A stretch of 64,000 bases of DNA from an uncultured Methylomirabilota bacterium. GTDB taxonomy: Bacteria > Methylomirabilota > Methylomirabilia > Methylomirabilales > 2-02-FULL-66-22. Of this stretch, positions 29,003 through 41,383 are shown in pieces. Numbering within the stretch: the stretch's first letter is position 1; every line of letters begins with the position of its first letter. The stretch is from positions 352,001 through 416,000 of the forward strand of contig CAWJSJ010000005.1 of NCBI GenBank assembly GCA_963845565.1, in the 5' to 3' direction. The notes under the pieces are model-generated. The model was not told the origin of the DNA. It made no database searches and worked only from the letters and a program-made list of their open reading frames with translations. A program made the position numbers and the translations under genes.

Positions 29003-31009
29003 TCAGTAACACGGCGTGCCGTAGTCCTTGTGCGGGAACCGACTGACGCGGAAGATCGCGGCCGGCTCCCCGTTCGGGTCCAGGCGGATCGTCTGCTCCA
29101 CCCCTTTCCAGAGATGGCGTGTTCCCGTGATCAACTCTTGCACCTGGAAGCGCTCGTCGGCGCCGATCCCGATGGCATCGAGCGGGAGGTGCACCGTGGT
29201 GTGGTGTGGTTCGAAGGGGTCCAGGTTCACCGCCACCAGAACCGTGTTGCCGCCGTCGAAGCTCCGCTTGCCGAACCACAGGACGTCGTCGTGGTCGCTG
29301 GGATAGAAGCGCAGGTTCCGGTATTCGTGGAGCGCCGGGTTTTCCCGGCGGATCGTGTTGATGCGAGCGATGTACTCGTTGAGGTTTCCGGGGGCGTTCC
29401 AGTTTCTCGCCGTGATCTGGTACTTCTCCGAGTTTCGGTATTCCTCGGTTCCTGGGATGGCGTCATTCTCACACAGCTCGTACCCGCTGTAAATCCCGTA
29501 GACGGAGGAGAGGGTGGCGGCGAGGACCAAGCGCATCTTGAAGGCCGGCCGCCCTCCCCGCTGGAGGATGGGCGCCAGGATGTCCGGTGTGTTGGCGAAG
29601 AGGTTCCCGCGAAAATACTCCGCCATGTCGCTTTGGGTGAGCTCGGTGAAGTAGTCGATCAGCTCCTGCTTGAAGTTCCGCCACGTGAAATAGGTGTAGG
29701 ATTGCGTGAATCCCACCTTGGCCAGCGCCTGCATCACCTTCGGCCGCGTGAAGGCCTCGGCAAGGAAGAGAACCTCAGGGTACACCGCTTGGATCTCCGC
29801 GATGACCCAGGCCCAGAACGGTATGGGCTTGGTGTGCGGGTTGTCCACCCGGAAGATCCGGACCCCTTGCTCGATCCAGAACAGCAGAATGCTCTTCGCC
29901 TCCTCCCAGAGCGCCTCGCGGTCCCGGCAGTAGAAGTTGAGCGGGTAAATGTCCTGGTACTTCTTGGGTGGGTTCTCGGCGTACTTGATGGTGCCGTCGG
30001 GCCGGGCATAAAACCACTCCGGATGCTCGCGGACGTAGGGATGGTCGGGAGAGCACTGCAAGGCGTAGTCCAGAGCCACTTCCATCCCGGCCTGCCGCGC
30101 AGTGCGGACGAGCGCGCGGAGGTCTTCGAGCGTTCCCAGGGCGGGCTCCACGGCCTTGTGCCCCCCGTGCTCATTGCCGATGGCCCACGGGGACCCGGGA
30201 TCGTCCGGCCCCGCCGTCAGGCTGTTGTTCTTGCCCTTGCGGAAACTCACGCCGATGGGGTGAATGGGCGGCAGGTAGATCACGTCGAACCCCATGCCGG
30301 CGATGTCCGGCAGTCGGTCGATGCAGTCGCGCAACGTCCCGTGCCGGCTCGGCAGCGGCCCTTGGGATCGGGGGAACATCTCGTACCAGGCGGCGAATCG
30401 GGCCAGAACCCGGTCGGCCACGACCTCCAGCTCCCGATCGTACCGCGTGGAGCCGCTCCGGTCGGGATAGGTCTCGACCAATTCCAGCGTCTCCTCGTCC
30501 AGGAGAATCCGAACCCGCGCGGCGGCGGTGTCCGCTCGTTCGAAATCGGCCAGGCGCGCCTCCAGGCGCTTGCGGTCGGCTCCGGCGGCGCGCGGCAGCG
30601 TGCGCCGGAGGAGCCCCGCCCCCTCCAAGACCTCGCTGGTCACGTCCATACCCGCTGCCAGGCGTTTCTTCACATCCTCGGCCCACGTGCGATAGGGGTC
30701 CGGATAGGCCTCGATGGTGTACAGGTATCGGGTGTTTTCCGTCAGGGGGAATCGGCCGACCCAGCGGTCGTTCCCCAGGGGTTCCATCCGGACCTCGTGC
30801 CAGCCCGGGTCCTTCACTGTGCGGTACTGGAGCACCGCCGCCAGCGCCTCGTGGCCATCGCGCAGGATGTCGGCGGTCACCTCGAAGAGATCTCCCATCT
30901 CGCGCTTGACGGGGAACCGGCCGCCGTCCAGCTCCGGCCGAACATTCCCGATCGAGACCGATCTCACGTCCCCGCGGAGCGAACGGTTCGTTGTCGTCGC
31001 GCCAGGCAT
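29003..31009 (-). CDS. glgE: alpha-1,4-glucan:maltose-1-phosphate maltosyltransferase
   Basis: WYEMFPRS, LQCSPDHP, YAENPPKKYQDIYP, FRVDNPHTKP, SYTYFTWR, NTPDIL. Confidence 0.96.
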   Translation of the reverse strand: MPGATTTNRSLRGDVRSVSIGNVRPELDGGRFPVKREMGDLFEVTADILRDGHEALAAVLQYRTVKDPGWHEVRMEPLGNDRWVGRFPLTENTRYLYTIEAYPDPYRTWAEDVKKRLAAGMDVTSEVLEGAGLLRRTLPRAAGADRKRLEARLADFERADTAAARVRILLDEETLELVETYPDRSGSTRYDRELEVVADRVLARFAAWYEMFPRSQGPLPSRHGTLRDCIDRLPDIAGMGFDVIYLPPIHPIGVSFRKGKNNSLTAGPDDPGSPWAIGNEHGGHKAVEPALGTLEDLRALVRTARQAGMEVALDYALQCSPDHPYVREHPEWFYARPDGTIKYAENPPKKYQDIYPLNFYCRDREALWEEAKSILLFWIEQGVRIFRVDNPHTKPIPFWAWVIAEIQAVYPEVLFLAEAFTRPKVMQALAKVGFTQSYTYFTWRNFKQELIDYFTELTQSDMAEYFRGNLFANTPDILAPILQRGGRPAFKMRLVLAATLSSVYGIYSGYELCENDAIPGTEEYRNSEKYQITARNWNAPGNLNEYIARINTIRRENPALHEYRNLRFYPSDHDDVLWFGKRSFDGGNTVLVAVNLDPFEPHHTTVHLPLDAIGIGADERFQVQELITGTRHLWKGVEQTIRLDPNGEPAAIFRVSRFPHKDYGTPCY

Positions 31010-31093
31010 ACCGCGCCACTCCTCTCCCGTGTTACCTACCGTCAACCGGACCAACCCCGCCCCGCCCCGGCTTCGCATCCGCCGTTCCGCGGA

Positions 31094-34000
31094 TCACGGG
31101 GCGGCTTCCATCAGCGCGATCGGGAAATCCGCCAGGACGTCGCGGACGGGAAGGCGTCGGCCCTCGCCCGCGGACGCTTCCATCGCAGCGCCAGTAAACA
31201 GGTCGGTATACGCGCCTGCGGGGAAGTCCCGTGGCACCTCCACCCACGTGTCCTGCCAGGAGTCCGGACCCAGAGGGAACCGCGCTCCGTTATCGGTCAG
31301 AGCCGCGGCCAGTCTGGGCACCACCGTGATGGCGACGCCCGTCGCCCGCCGGCGGGCGAAGGCGACGAGGTGATCGCCGCCGGCTCCCCCCGTCCGCAAT
31401 GGGACGTAGTCCCCCGCCTGGAACAGCTCCGGCGACCGACGTCGGCAGTGAAGGGCTCGATGGATGGCGTACATCTTGACGCGACCATCCTCCCAGTGTG
31501 CCAACAGATCGCGGGTCACGGCGGCCGGACTGCCCGCGGCGATTCGTGCTTGCAGGCCGGTCAAGAGGGCCGCCCGGGCCGAGAAGTCCACCGGCCGTCG
31601 GTTATCCGGATCCACCAGGCTGAAGTCCCAGAGCTCGGTCCCCTGATAGAAGTCCGGGACACCAGGTGCGGTGATCTTCAGCAGGGTCTGCGCCAGGCTG
31701 TTGACCATGCCCAGACGCGCGATGGGAGGATGAAAGGCCACGAAATCCATCAGGAATCGGTTGCCGGGCCCGGGGGCGAGGATCCTGGCCACGAAGCTCT
31801 TGAGGGCCTCGTCGTACGCCTCGTTCGGGTTGATCCAGCTGGTGTTGAGCTTTGCCTCCTTCACCGCCTTGAGCATGTACTGCTCGATCCGCGACGCGAA
31901 GATGACCGCTTCGTCCGGCCCTGAAGGGAGGAGGGGCCAGGCGCCCACCAGCGTCTGGTAGAGGAGGTATTCGTCGTTCCGATCGGGGGCCAGCTGACCC
32001 TCCACCGTGGAGAGATGGCGACGATTCCACCGCCGCCAGCGGGAGACGGCCTCCTGCCAGGCGCGTGGGATTTCGGAGAGGATATGGATCCGCGCCCGCA
32101 CGTCCTCGCTGCGTTTCGTGTCGTGGGTCGAGGTGGCGGACAGGTTCGCTGGCCACTTTTCCCGTCGGGCGAGGCACTGCTGGTGGAATTCCTCCACGGA
32201 CACCCCGAACCGGTCGGGCTCGCCCCCCACTTCGTTGAGGCTCACGAGCCGGTGGTAGCGGTAGTTGGCCGTGTCCTCCAACCCCTTGGCGGTGACCGGG
32301 GCGGTCACCTGCTGGAATTTCTGGACAAAGGCCAATTGGTCCTGCCGGTACGTCGCCTCGGCATTCTCAGGATAGCGGAGCAAGAGGGTGTCCCGCACGA
32401 AATCGAAGATGGAGACGTTGGTCGTGGGATTGCGCCGCTTGGCGAACGCTACGGCCACTTCGACGCAGGCGCGGTCCTGCACGGATACCTCTGGACTCCG
32501 ACCGTCGATGTAGGTCCGATACACTGGAAAACAGGCAATGACCTCGCGGAGGGCGTGGGTGAGGCTATTGAGGGTGAAATCCCGCGAGTGCCGGTTTCGC
32601 TCCGACAATCGATCGAGCGCGTGCCCGAGGACGTTGAGCTCGCTGGACATCGACACCCGTAGAATGAGTTGCTTCGACTCGTAGACCAAGTCGGCGAACG
32701 GCGTCCGCTGCCCCGTGAAGGCGCCATACACGGCGGTGATGGCCCGCTCGTTTCGGCCGTCCACGAACAGCCCGTTGACGAGATGCAGAAACTCGTATCC
32801 CGTGGTTCCGTGGATGGCCCAGTGGCCGGGCAACCGCTCTCCTTTGGCCAGGATCTTCTCCGCCAGCAGGTACAAGGGGCGGCAGCCGCGCTGGGTCGGA
32901 TCCGACTGACACGTCCGGTCGAACGCCTCCCCGGCCTGAAACGCCGCGACCTCCCGGTCGGATGCCGCCTCCCTCTCGCCCAACCCCGGGGCGGTTCGGA
33001 TCGCTTCGAGGGCGCGCTCGCGCTGGAGGGCTTGGAAGTAGCGAGGGGGATCGAAGAGGCCGTCCGGATGGTCGAGACGGATGCCGGTGACCTTCCCCTC
33101 GGCGACGAGACGCAAGATCAACCGGTGGGTCTCGCGGAAGACGGCCGGGTTTTCCATTCGGATGGCCGCCAGCTCGTTGATATCGAAGAACCGTCGGTAA
33201 TTGATCTCCTCGCCCGCCACCCGCCAGTACGCCAACCGGTAGGCCTGGTCGTCCAGTAGGCGGTCCAGCAGATCGAAGCTGCGGGGGTCTTCCCGCTTTC
33301 CGTTGAAGATGCGGATGGTTTCCTGGATGGAGATGCGGACCGCCTCGCACTCCCCCGTCAGGCGGGCCAGGCGGCGGCGGATCACCTCTTTCTCGCGCAG
33401 GCGTTCGAGGATCCGCTCGGGCGCGTGCTCGGTGCGCGCCGGCAGGTTTGTGAGCGCCGTGATGATGCTGTGGTATTCCTGGAGGCGAAGGTCCGTCTCC
33501 CCGAGTGCGTTCGCGAGCGCCTCCAGCCGGTGGGACAGGATCTGGGTGGCGGACCGCGGGTCGATGGGTAACCGTGTCTCGTAGTATCGCAGACTGAACG
33601 CCCCCCCGGAATAGTCCAGGACGAGCTCCTGATTCTCGAGCACCCGGCCGTACTGATCTCCGAGGATCGGTAGCAGGACCTTGTTGGCCAGTTGTCGTTT
33701 GACTGGGTCCCAGTCCACGTCGAAGAACTCCGCGTACGGGGAGCTGGGTCCGTTCTCCAGGACGTCGTTCCACCACGGGTTGCAACCGGCCGCGATTCCC
33801 ATGTGGTTCGGGACCACGTCCAGGATCTGCCCCATCCCGTGGGCCCGGAGGGCCTCCACGAACCGATCATAGTCCTCCTGGGTCCCGATCTCGGGGTTCA
33901 GGGTGTTGTGGTCCGTGATGTCGTAGCCGTGCATGCTGCCCGGTCTGGCGCCCAGATACGACGAAGCGTACACGTCGCTCACACCCAGAGCGTCCAGGTA

Positions 34001-34126
34001 GGGTAGGAGCCTTCGCGCATCCTCGAAGGTGAAGCGCGAGTTGAACTGGAGCCGGTACGTTGCCGCCGGTATCCGCGGCTGGAAGCGCGAATCCGCCCGC
34101 AGCCGGCCGAACAGGTCAGTGCGCAT
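31094..34126 (-). CDS. treY: Malto-oligosyltrehalose synthase
   Basis: [55 protein letters not shown]. Confidence 0.96.
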   Translation of the reverse strand: MRTDLFGRLRADSRFQPRIPAATYRLQFNSRFTFEDARRLLPYLDALGVSDVYASSYLGARPGSMHGYDITDHNTLNPEIGTQEDYDRFVEALRAHGMGQILDVVPNHMGIAAGCNPWWNDVLENGPSSPYAEFFDVDWDPVKRQLANKVLLPILGDQYGRVLENQELVLDYSGGAFSLRYYETRLPIDPRSATQILSHRLEALANALGETDLRLQEYHSIITALTNLPARTEHAPERILERLREKEVIRRRLARLTGECEAVRISIQETIRIFNGKREDPRSFDLLDRLLDDQAYRLAYWRVAGEEINYRRFFDINELAAIRMENPAVFRETHRLILRLVAEGKVTGIRLDHPDGLFDPPRYFQALQRERALEAIRTAPGLGEREAASDREVAAFQAGEAFDRTCQSDPTQRGCRPLYLLAEKILAKGERLPGHWAIHGTTGYEFLHLVNGLFVDGRNERAITAVYGAFTGQRTPFADLVYESKQLILRVSMSSELNVLGHALDRLSERNRHSRDFTLNSLTHALREVIACFPVYRTYIDGRSPEVSVQDRACVEVAVAFAKRRNPTTNVSIFDFVRDTLLLRYPENAEATYRQDQLAFVQKFQQVTAPVTAKGLEDTANYRYHRLVSLNEVGGEPDRFGVSVEEFHQQCLARREKWPANLSATSTHDTKRSEDVRARIHILSEIPRAWQEAVSRWRRWNRRHLSTVEGQLAPDRNDEYLLYQTLVGAWPLLPSGPDEAVIFASRIEQYMLKAVKEAKLNTSWINPNEAYDEALKSFVARILAPGPGNRFLMDFVAFHPPIARLGMVNSLAQTLLKITAPGVPDFYQGTELWDFSLVDPDNRRPVDFSARAALLTGLQARIAAGSPAAVTRDLLAHWEDGRVKMYAIHRALHCRRRSPELFQAGDYVPLRTGGAGGDHLVAFARRRATGVAITVVPRLAAALTDNGARFPLGPDSWQDTWVEVPRDFPAGAYTDLFTGAAMEASAGEGRRLPVRDVLADFPIALMEAAP

Positions 34127-35702
34127 GTTCGGCCACCTCCGGCGTCGTCGGGGCGGGCGACTCATCTGCCAGCGGGATACGGACGATGACTTCGGTGCCC
34201 TTACCCGGGATGCTCAGCATCTCGATTTCCCCCCGATGCGCGCGCACGATCTCCTCGGCGATCCCCAGACCAAGACCGCTCCCTTGTCCCCGGGTCTTCG
34301 TGGAGAAGAAGGGCTCGAAGACGCGGTTCAACTCCTCGGCGGTCAACCCTTTGCCGGTGTCGATCACGTGAACGGCCAGCGTCGACGCGTCCGCCTTGCC
34401 CCGCAGGATGCTGGCGCGCCCTTCGGGGGGAAGCGTCGGGTCCGAGCCGGAGGTGATCCGCACGGTCCCGCCTTTTTCGCTCGCGTCCAGCGCGTTCAGG
34501 ACCAGATTGAGAAAGACCTGCTGGAGATGCTCCGGGTCCGCCATGACCGGCGGGAGACCGATGGGCAGCTCGATCTGGAGCCGCACGCCCCGACGCTGAC
34601 TGCGGTCCATGAGGATGGAGGCCACGCGCCCGACAAGGGGCAGAATCGGCTCCGGCCGCAGCGTGGGGCGGCGGGGTCGGGTGTAGTCCAGCAGGGCGCG
34701 GATGATGCCTTTGATCCGATCCGCCTGGCTCAGGATGACATCCAGATTCCTGCGTTCGGGATGATCGCGGGGCACCGCCCGATCCAGGACCTCGGCGCGA
34801 CCGGAGATCACGTTCAGCGGGGTGCCGATCTCGTGCGCGACCTCGGCCGCGAGCCTGCCGACCGTGGCGAGTTTTTGCGCCTGCTGGACCTCCTGCTCCA
34901 GGCGCAGACGCTCCTCGGCCTGTCGGATCAGCTCGTTGTTGGCGGCCTGGAGGTTCTCCGCCATCCGGTTGAACTCGGCGGCCAACTCGCCGATCTCGTC
35001 CTGACGGGGGACCGGGATCCGTTGGCTTAGGTCCCCGCGGCCCACGGCGCGCGCGGCGGAAACCAGGGCCCGGATCGGCCGCGCGATGCTCCAACGCGTC
35101 AGGATCGCGATGGACAGGACGAACAGGGCGAGTACGACCAGGCGAGAGACGATGGTGGAGCGCACCGCCCGGCGGAACTGGCGCTCCATCTCCCGGAGCG
35201 TCTGTTGGACCTCGATCGCGCCGGTCCGACCGGCGGGCCATCGGAACGGCTGGACGTAGCGGAGGATTCTCGCCGACTCGGTCTCGACGAGCAAGGAGAC
35301 CGCCTCCCGCCGGGCCATGGCGCCGCGCACCAGATCGTCCGGAGCCAGGGAGTCGAACCCGGCCACAATGGTGTGCGCCACCACCTGCGCGTCCGGGTTG
35401 TAAATCGCGACTCCCACCAGGCCGGGACGCGCCTTGATTTCTGCGAGCAGGTCCTCCATCTCCTCCGTCGTGCGGCCCCGCCGGAGGTTCTGCCGGACGG
35501 CCAAGGCCAACGTCTCGGCGAAGATGCGCTCATCCTCCCGGGTTTGCGTCACGAGTTGCTCGCGCTCGCGCACCAGGCGCGTATAATCCGTGAAGCCGGT
35601 GATGACCATCAGCGCCAACATCAATAGAATGATCAGGCGGGTGGTGAGGTTGTGGCGCAGTCGATTGCCGATTGCCCGCATCCATTGTCCGCGCATTGGC
35701 AT
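34116..35702 (-). CDS. Membrane sensor histidine kinase (2 TM, HAMP, HisKA, HATPase)
   Basis: [53 protein letters not shown]. Confidence 0.92.
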   Translation of the reverse strand: MPMRGQWMRAIGNRLRHNLTTRLIILLMLALMVITGFTDYTRLVREREQLVTQTREDERIFAETLALAVRQNLRRGRTTEEMEDLLAEIKARPGLVGVAIYNPDAQVVAHTIVAGFDSLAPDDLVRGAMARREAVSLLVETESARILRYVQPFRWPAGRTGAIEVQQTLREMERQFRRAVRSTIVSRLVVLALFVLSIAILTRWSIARPIRALVSAARAVGRGDLSQRIPVPRQDEIGELAAEFNRMAENLQAANNELIRQAEERLRLEQEVQQAQKLATVGRLAAEVAHEIGTPLNVISGRAEVLDRAVPRDHPERRNLDVILSQADRIKGIIRALLDYTRPRRPTLRPEPILPLVGRVASILMDRSQRRGVRLQIELPIGLPPVMADPEHLQQVFLNLVLNALDASEKGGTVRITSGSDPTLPPEGRASILRGKADASTLAVHVIDTGKGLTAEELNRVFEPFFSTKTRGQGSGLGLGIAEEIVRAHRGEIEMLSIPGKGTEVIVRIPLADESPAPTTPEVAEHAH

Positions 35703-35705
35703 CCT

Positions 35706-36098
35706 TCAGGGGCGAGACTCCGTCTCGGCGTGCAGGGCCTTGGCGATTGCCGCCTTCAGTTCCTCCATGCGGAAGGGCTTGAAGAGGTACTCAGCCGCCC
35801 CCTTTTCCACCGCCTCGATGTACGATGGGACGTCGCCGAAGGCCGTCATCATAATGATCTTCGAGTCCGGACAGACCCGCCGGAATCCCGGGAGCAGATC
35901 CAACCCGCTGGGACCCGGCATGTTCTTGTCCATCAGGATGAGGTCGAATCGACGGGCCCGGAGGGCGAGCACCGCCTCGGTGCCGTCCTTGGCCTCGACG
36001 ACATCGTATCCCTCGTTCCGGAGGACGTCGAGGAGCAACGCGCGCATTTCCGGGTCGTCGTCGACCACCAGGATGCTTCGGTGCCTGGCCACGGTCAC
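35706..36098 (-). CDS. Single-domain response regulator
   Basis: ILVVDDD, LMDKNMP, MTAFG, FKPF. Confidence 0.92.
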   Translation of the reverse strand: MTVARHRSILVVDDDPEMRALLLDVLRNEGYDVVEAKDGTEAVLALRARRFDLILMDKNMPGPSGLDLLPGFRRVCPDSKIIMMTAFGDVPSYIEAVEKGAAEYLFKPFRMEELKAAIAKALHAETESRP

Positions 36099-36188
36099 TG
36101 CCTCCTTCCAGGACTCGCGCCCGCCAGCGCGCGTCCTGCGCGCTGCGGCGTCATGGTCCCGTATTCACCCGCGCGGTCCGGTCGCCCG

Positions 36189-37469
36189 TCACCCGACCGC
36201 GGGGCCCGTTTCGTGGACAACCGCGATACCCGACGGACCCAACAGAAGCTCCTCGGCGTCGGCCAGCGCGCGCGAGGCTCCCGTGAGCGGATCCGTGACG
36301 ACCCGGCCGGACGCGGCGGCCGGACCTGCCGGGACCCGGATCCGGGCGGGCGCACGGCGATTCGCGTTCAAGACGACGAGCACCGCCTCGGTCGTATCGC
36401 GCGTCTGTTTCCGAAATCCGACGCATCGGTCGTCCCCGAGCGCAACCGGCGCGATCGGTCCTTCCTCGTTGAGCGCGCGCACGGCCGCCTTGGTGCGGTG
36501 GATCACGCCAATCGCCCCCGTGAGATCCCACGTCGGCGCCTCCCAATCCTGCGGCGTCGTTCGCACAACGTGGAGCCGCTTGCGGAACCCGTACTCGAAG
36601 CCGATGGGCATCATGACGCCGGTGGAGAAGACGGCGGCGAAGGCGTACCGCTGCAGCACCGCCGCTCGATCGCCGTCGAGCTCGGCGGCCAGCCTGGGCG
36701 TGTCGTGGGACTCGGGAAAGCCGATGGACGGGACGACCGGTGCGGTTAGCGCGTATTGCTCGAGGCACCACGGTTCCCGGAAGTCCCACCACTTGCTGCT
36801 GTTGAAGATGAAGTCGAAGCCCGCGCGCGCGGTGTTCAGCGTCTGCGCCGGCGTGCAGCCGAGCGTCTCGGCGAGGAACAGAGTATCCGGGTACTGGGCC
36901 TTGACCGCGCCGATGAGGTCCCGCCAGAGGGCCTCCGGGACCTGGTAGGCTGCGTCGCAGCGAAACCCACGGAACCCCATACCGGCATATTGAAGGGCGA
37001 GACTCCGCCAGTACGCCCACAGGGCCTCCCGCTCGGGACTGCCGGCGTTGTCCACCTCGGCCAGATCCCGCCAGACCACCCGCCGCTTCCCCGCTTTGGC
37101 CCCGGGGTGAACGATCCGTCCTTTGTCGTCCCGGCGGAACCACTCGGGATGCTCTCCAATCAGGGGCGAATCGAAGGCCGTGTGATTGATGACAAGGTCC
37201 ATCATGACCGAGAGGCCCAACCCGGAGGCTTCCCGCAACATAGCCGCGAGTTGTTCGCCAGGCGGCGCACTTCCGTTCACGAGACGGGCGTCGATGGTGT
37301 AATAGTCCTTCACCGAATAGAGACTCCCGGAGTAGCCGGCTTGGTGGAACGCGTTCACGAATATCCAGGTAAACCCCATGGCGGCGGCACGCTCCAGGTG
37401 GGGCCGCCAGCCGGGCAACGGTCCCGCGAGGAGCGGAAAGAGGTTATAGATCCGCGGACCCTGGTTCAT
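36189..37469 (-). CDS. GH13 alpha-amylase family protein of unassigned specificity
   Basis: DLVINH, GFRCDAA, LAE and ESHD: all four conserved regions intact; ATG at 37469 overlaps the glgX stop. Confidence 0.88.
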   Translation of the reverse strand: MNQGPRIYNLFPLLAGPLPGWRPHLERAAAMGFTWIFVNAFHQAGYSGSLYSVKDYYTIDARLVNGSAPPGEQLAAMLREASGLGLSVMMDLVINHTAFDSPLIGEHPEWFRRDDKGRIVHPGAKAGKRRVVWRDLAEVDNAGSPEREALWAYWRSLALQYAGMGFRGFRCDAAYQVPEALWRDLIGAVKAQYPDTLFLAETLGCTPAQTLNTARAGFDFIFNSSKWWDFREPWCLEQYALTAPVVPSIGFPESHDTPRLAAELDGDRAAVLQRYAFAAVFSTGVMMPIGFEYGFRKRLHVVRTTPQDWEAPTWDLTGAIGVIHRTKAAVRALNEEGPIAPVALGDDRCVGFRKQTRDTTEAVLVVLNANRRAPARIRVPAGPAAASGRVVTDPLTGASRALADAEELLLGPSGIAVVHETGPAVG

Positions 37470-39598
37470 GACTTCTCTTTCAGGCGAAACAGGGCAAGGC
37501 ACCGCCCCTCCATTTCGTACAGTTTCCCTCCGGGGACGAGCCGGGCACGGCGGGGCGGATCCGCCGCCCGGGTGTCCAGCACGATTTTCCACCGGATGCC
37601 CGGTCGGTGGGCCGGGAGGACAAACGTCTGCGGTGCGTGGTGCGCATTCAGGAGGATCAAGAAGGTGTCGTCCGTGATCTGCTCGCCCCGGACGTCCACC
37701 TCCGCGATGGCGTCTCCGGCCAGGCGCAGTGCGATGCAGCGCGCGAGGGGATCTCGCCAGTTCTCTTCGGTGATCTCTTTCCCATCCGTTCGGAACCAGG
37801 ACAAATCCTTGACCTCGGAGCCCCAGATACGCCGGCCGGCGAAGAACTGCCGCCGCCGAAACACCGGGTGAGCCCGGCGAAGGGCGATGAGCCTTCGCGT
37901 GAAGGCCAGCAGGTGCTTCCGCGTGTTGTCCAGCCGCCAGTCGAACCAGCTCGTTTCGTTGTCCTGACAGTACGCGTTATTGTTCCCGCCCTGGGTTCGG
38001 CCGATCTCGTCCCCTCCGCACAGCATGGGGACGCCCTGGGAGAGGAGCAGCATAGCGAGGAAGTTCCGCTTCTGCCGCTCTCGCAAGGTCAGGACCGCGT
38101 GGTCTTCCGTCGCGCCCTCGACCCCGCCGTTCCAACTCAGATTCTCGTTGTGGCCGTCCCGGTTGTCCTCGCCGTTGGCCTCGTTGTGCTTGTCGTTGTA
38201 GCTCACCAGGTCGTGCAGCGTGAACCCGTCGTGCGCCGTGACAAAATTGATGCTGGCATACGGACGCCGGCCCCCCTTGCCGTACAGGTCGCTCGAGCCC
38301 GTCAGCCGGTACCCCAGCTCGCCCACCTGGCCTGCGTCCCCTTTCCAGTACGCCCGGACCGTATCCCGATACTTGCCGTTCCACTCGGCCCACAGGACGG
38401 GGAAGTTTCCCACCTGGTAGCCCCCTTCGCCGAGGTCCCAGGGTTCCGCGATGAGCTTGACCTGGGAGATGACCGGGTCCTGGTGAATGATGTCGAAGAA
38501 CGCCCCCAGGCGGTCCACATCGTGCAACTCCCGGGCGAGGGCCGACGCCAGGTCGAAGCGGAAGCCGTCCACGTGCATCTCCAGCACCCAGTACCGCAGG
38601 CTATCCATGATGAGCTGGAGCGTCCGGGGATGGGTCATGTTGAGCGTGTTCCCGCAGCCGGTGTAGTCCATGTAGTAGCGTCGGTTGTCGGGGACGAGCC
38701 GGTAGTAGGCCGCGTTGTCGATCCCGCGGAAGCCCAGCGTGGGACCCAGATGGCTGCCCTCTCCGGTGTGGTTGTACACCACGTCCAGGATCACCTCGAT
38801 GCCCGCCTGGTGCAAGGTCTTGACCATGGTCTTGAACTCGCCCACCTGGTGGCCGAGGGTGCCGCTGCTGGCGTACCGGACATCCGGTGCGAAGAACCCG
38901 ATGGAGTTGTACCCCCAGTAGTTGGTCAGCCCTCGTTCCACCAGGTGCCGGTCCGCCACGAACTGGTGGATGGGGAGCAGCTCCACCGCCGTGACCCCCA
39001 GCGATCGCAGATAATCCACCGTTGCCGGGCACGCCAGGCCGGCGTAGGTTCCCCGCAACCGCTCCGGCACGTCGGAGCGACGGGCGGTGAATCCCTTCGC
39101 GTGCACCTCGTAGATCACGGTCTCGTTCCACGGGATGCGTGGAGGGCGATCATCCCCCCAGGTGAAGGCCGGATCGATCACCACGCTCTTGGGCGTATGG
39201 GCGGCGCTGTCGCGCGCGTCCAAACTGAGGTCGGAATCCGGATGGCCTACCTGGTATCCGAATAGGGCGTCGTTCCACTGGATCGTCCCATCGATGGCTT
39301 TGGCGTAGGGGTCAAGGAGCAGCTTGTGCGGATTGAACCGGTGCCCTGCAGCCGGGTCGTACGGTCCGTCCACCCGGTAGCCGTACCGCTGGTTCGGCCG
39401 CGCTTCTGGGAGGTAGACATGCCAGACGAGGTCGGTCTGCTCGGTCATTCGAATCCGCGCGAACTGCTGACTTTCGTTGTCGCCGTCGAAGAGGCACAAC
39501 GCCACCCCCGTCGCGTTCTCCGAGAACAGGGAAAAGTTCACCCCAGAGCCATCCCAGGTGGCGCCCAGAGGATACGGGTTGCCGGGACGCGATCTCAT
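37466..39598 (-). CDS. glgX: Glycogen debranching enzyme
   Basis: [50 protein letters not shown]. Confidence 0.96.
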   Translation of the reverse strand: MRSRPGNPYPLGATWDGSGVNFSLFSENATGVALCLFDGDNESQQFARIRMTEQTDLVWHVYLPEARPNQRYGYRVDGPYDPAAGHRFNPHKLLLDPYAKAIDGTIQWNDALFGYQVGHPDSDLSLDARDSAAHTPKSVVIDPAFTWGDDRPPRIPWNETVIYEVHAKGFTARRSDVPERLRGTYAGLACPATVDYLRSLGVTAVELLPIHQFVADRHLVERGLTNYWGYNSIGFFAPDVRYASSGTLGHQVGEFKTMVKTLHQAGIEVILDVVYNHTGEGSHLGPTLGFRGIDNAAYYRLVPDNRRYYMDYTGCGNTLNMTHPRTLQLIMDSLRYWVLEMHVDGFRFDLASALARELHDVDRLGAFFDIIHQDPVISQVKLIAEPWDLGEGGYQVGNFPVLWAEWNGKYRDTVRAYWKGDAGQVGELGYRLTGSSDLYGKGGRRPYASINFVTAHDGFTLHDLVSYNDKHNEANGEDNRDGHNENLSWNGGVEGATEDHAVLTLRERQKRNFLAMLLLSQGVPMLCGGDEIGRTQGGNNNAYCQDNETSWFDWRLDNTRKHLLAFTRRLIALRRAHPVFRRRQFFAGRRIWGSEVKDLSWFRTDGKEITEENWRDPLARCIALRLAGDAIAEVDVRGEQITDDTFLILLNAHHAPQTFVLPAHRPGIRWKIVLDTRAADPPRRARLVPGGKLYEMEGRCLALFRLKEKS

Positions 39599-39755
39599 GT
39601 CGAACCGTTCGGCGCCGGGGCCGCACCCTGCCGCCGGATGCGCCGGGTCGCATCCCGCCTTCCGATCGCGCGGTTTCTTGCCCCTCGGTGGATTAGGACC
39701 TCAGTGTGCGCCAACACCTCGTCTCTCCTCACTCGGGCTTCCGTTCCCGTCCCGG

Positions 39756-40553
39756 TCAGCGCACCGCCCCGGTCAGCAGGGCGGTCTGCACGTGGCGCTG
39801 AAGCATTCCCGTCAGCAACAGAACCGGCACCGTCATGAGTGTGGCGGCGGCGGCCGTCAGGAACCAATTGCCTTGATACAGATAGTAGTACACCTGCAGG
39901 GGCATCGTTTTTGCGCCCAGGGTCAAGTAGCTGGCCAGAATGAACTCTTCCCAGGAGAAGACCCAGGCCAAGAGCCCGGCAACGACGAGGCCGGGACGGG
40001 CCAGCCGGATGGTCACGTACCACAGCGTCTGCCACGAGGAGCACCCGTCGAGGGCCGCCGCCTCCTCCACCTCGCGGGGAATGGCCACAAAGGTCGCGGT
40101 CAGTACCCACGCCGCCACCGGCAGCACCAGGGTGAGGTGGCCCATCGCGAGGCCGACGACCGTGTCCAGCAAGCCCCATCGCAGAAACACCACCGCCACG
40201 GGAAGGGCGATACTCACCTCCGGCAGCATCCGGAATGCGAACAGGCCGAGCAGAATACCATACCGCCAGCGCGCCGGGAGACGGGCCAGGCTGTGCGCGG
40301 CCGGCGCCGCCAATAGCACGGCGGCCATTGCGACGAGGGTAGCCGTCGTCAAGCTCTTGGCCAGCGGGGCGAGGACCTGGCCTGTTGCCAAGAGGGCGTG
40401 CCAATGATCCCAGGTGAGCCCGTGCGGCAGGAACGTCGGGTGCGCCGTCATGACTTCCGCCGGCGGGCTGAAGGATACCTTCAGCATGAGGTACAGGGGC
40501 GCGAGCGCCCAGCAGGAGAGCGCCGCGAGGATCGGGACGACGACGCATCTCAT
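39756..40553 (-). CDS. Carbohydrate ABC transporter permease (MalG-like)
   Basis: EEAAALDG EAA loop, FSWEEF; ATG at 40553 overlaps the upstream stop. Confidence 0.9.
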   Translation of the reverse strand: MRCVVVPILAALSCWALAPLYLMLKVSFSPPAEVMTAHPTFLPHGLTWDHWHALLATGQVLAPLAKSLTTATLVAMAAVLLAAPAAHSLARLPARWRYGILLGLFAFRMLPEVSIALPVAVVFLRWGLLDTVVGLAMGHLTLVLPVAAWVLTATFVAIPREVEEAAALDGCSSWQTLWYVTIRLARPGLVVAGLLAWVFSWEEFILASYLTLGAKTMPLQVYYYLYQGNWFLTAAAATLMTVPVLLLTGMLQRHVQTALLTGAVR

Positions 40554-41383
40554 CGCAGGACCTCTTCGGGACCGGCCAGCTTGAGGTACGCCAGCACCGT
40601 GACCAAGATCATCACCAACAAGATCACACTGCTGGCCGCGGCCGTATGCGGATTCCCGTACTCGAGATATTCCACGGACGCGTACGTCGAGAGCACCGGG
40701 AGCCCCCGGCCGACCAGGGCCAGCGGCAGGGCGAAGATCCGGAATGCGTCCACGCCGCGGACGATCAAGGCCATCGTCACCGCCGGCTTCAACAGGGGCA
40801 ACGTAATGGCGAAGAACTGCCGCCACCCCGAAGCCCCGTCGGTCCGCGCCGCCTCGTACAATTCGCCGGGAATGGCCTGAAGACCGGCCAGCAAGATGAG
40901 CAGGATCAGCGGCGTCACCTTCCACGCGTCGGCGACCGCCACCGTGACAAGGGCCAGCCAGCGCTCGCCGGTCCAATCGACGGGCGACCGAATCGCGCCA
41001 AGCCGAAGCAGAGCCTCGTTGAGGTAGCCGACCGTGCCGAACACCGTGCGCATGACCGCCGCCGACACGATGGTCGGAACGCCCAGGGGAACCAGGAGCA
41101 GGATCGAAAAGATCCTGCGGCCCACGGGACGGCCAGCCAGCGCCAAAGCGGCTCCCAGCCCCAAGAGCATCTCCAGGGTCAGGCCGATGCCGGTTATGAC
41201 CAGAGTGTTGATCACCGCCTCGCCGAACTGGTAGTCCGTGACGATTCGGCGAAAATGCTCCAACGTGATCCCAACATCGGGCGCGGTCGCGCTCATGGCG
41301 AGCGTGGAAGCCACCGGGGCCACAGTGAGACACGAGAGGTACGTCGCGAGCGGGAGCAGGCCGAGCAAGGCGCGGGCCTTCAT
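40550..41383 (-). CDS. Carbohydrate ABC transporter permease (MalF-like)
   Basis: DAWKVTP, LYEAARTDGAS..FFAITLPLL. Confidence 0.92.
   Translation of the reverse strand: MKARALLGLLPLATYLSCLTVAPVASTLAMSATAPDVGITLEHFRRIVTDYQFGEAVINTLVITGIGLTLEMLLGLGAALALAGRPVGRRIFSILLLVPLGVPTIVSAAVMRTVFGTVGYLNEALLRLGAIRSPVDWTGERWLALVTVAVADAWKVTPLILLILLAGLQAIPGELYEAARTDGASGWRQFFAITLPLLKPAVTMALIVRGVDAFRIFALPLALVGRGLPVLSTYASVEYLEYGNPHTAAASSVILLVMILVTVLAYLKLAGPEEVLR

Noticed and set aside
28850..31924. 1024-aa plus-strand ORF (also 15547-17691, 21388-23895, 37607-39265, 48647-50359)
   Set aside because: Antisense shadows of well-supported minus-strand genes; common at high GC, with no recognisable motifs
39595..40548. 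317-aa ORF as the missing ABC ATPase
   Set aside because: Alternative frame of the permease with no Walker A/B or signature motifs
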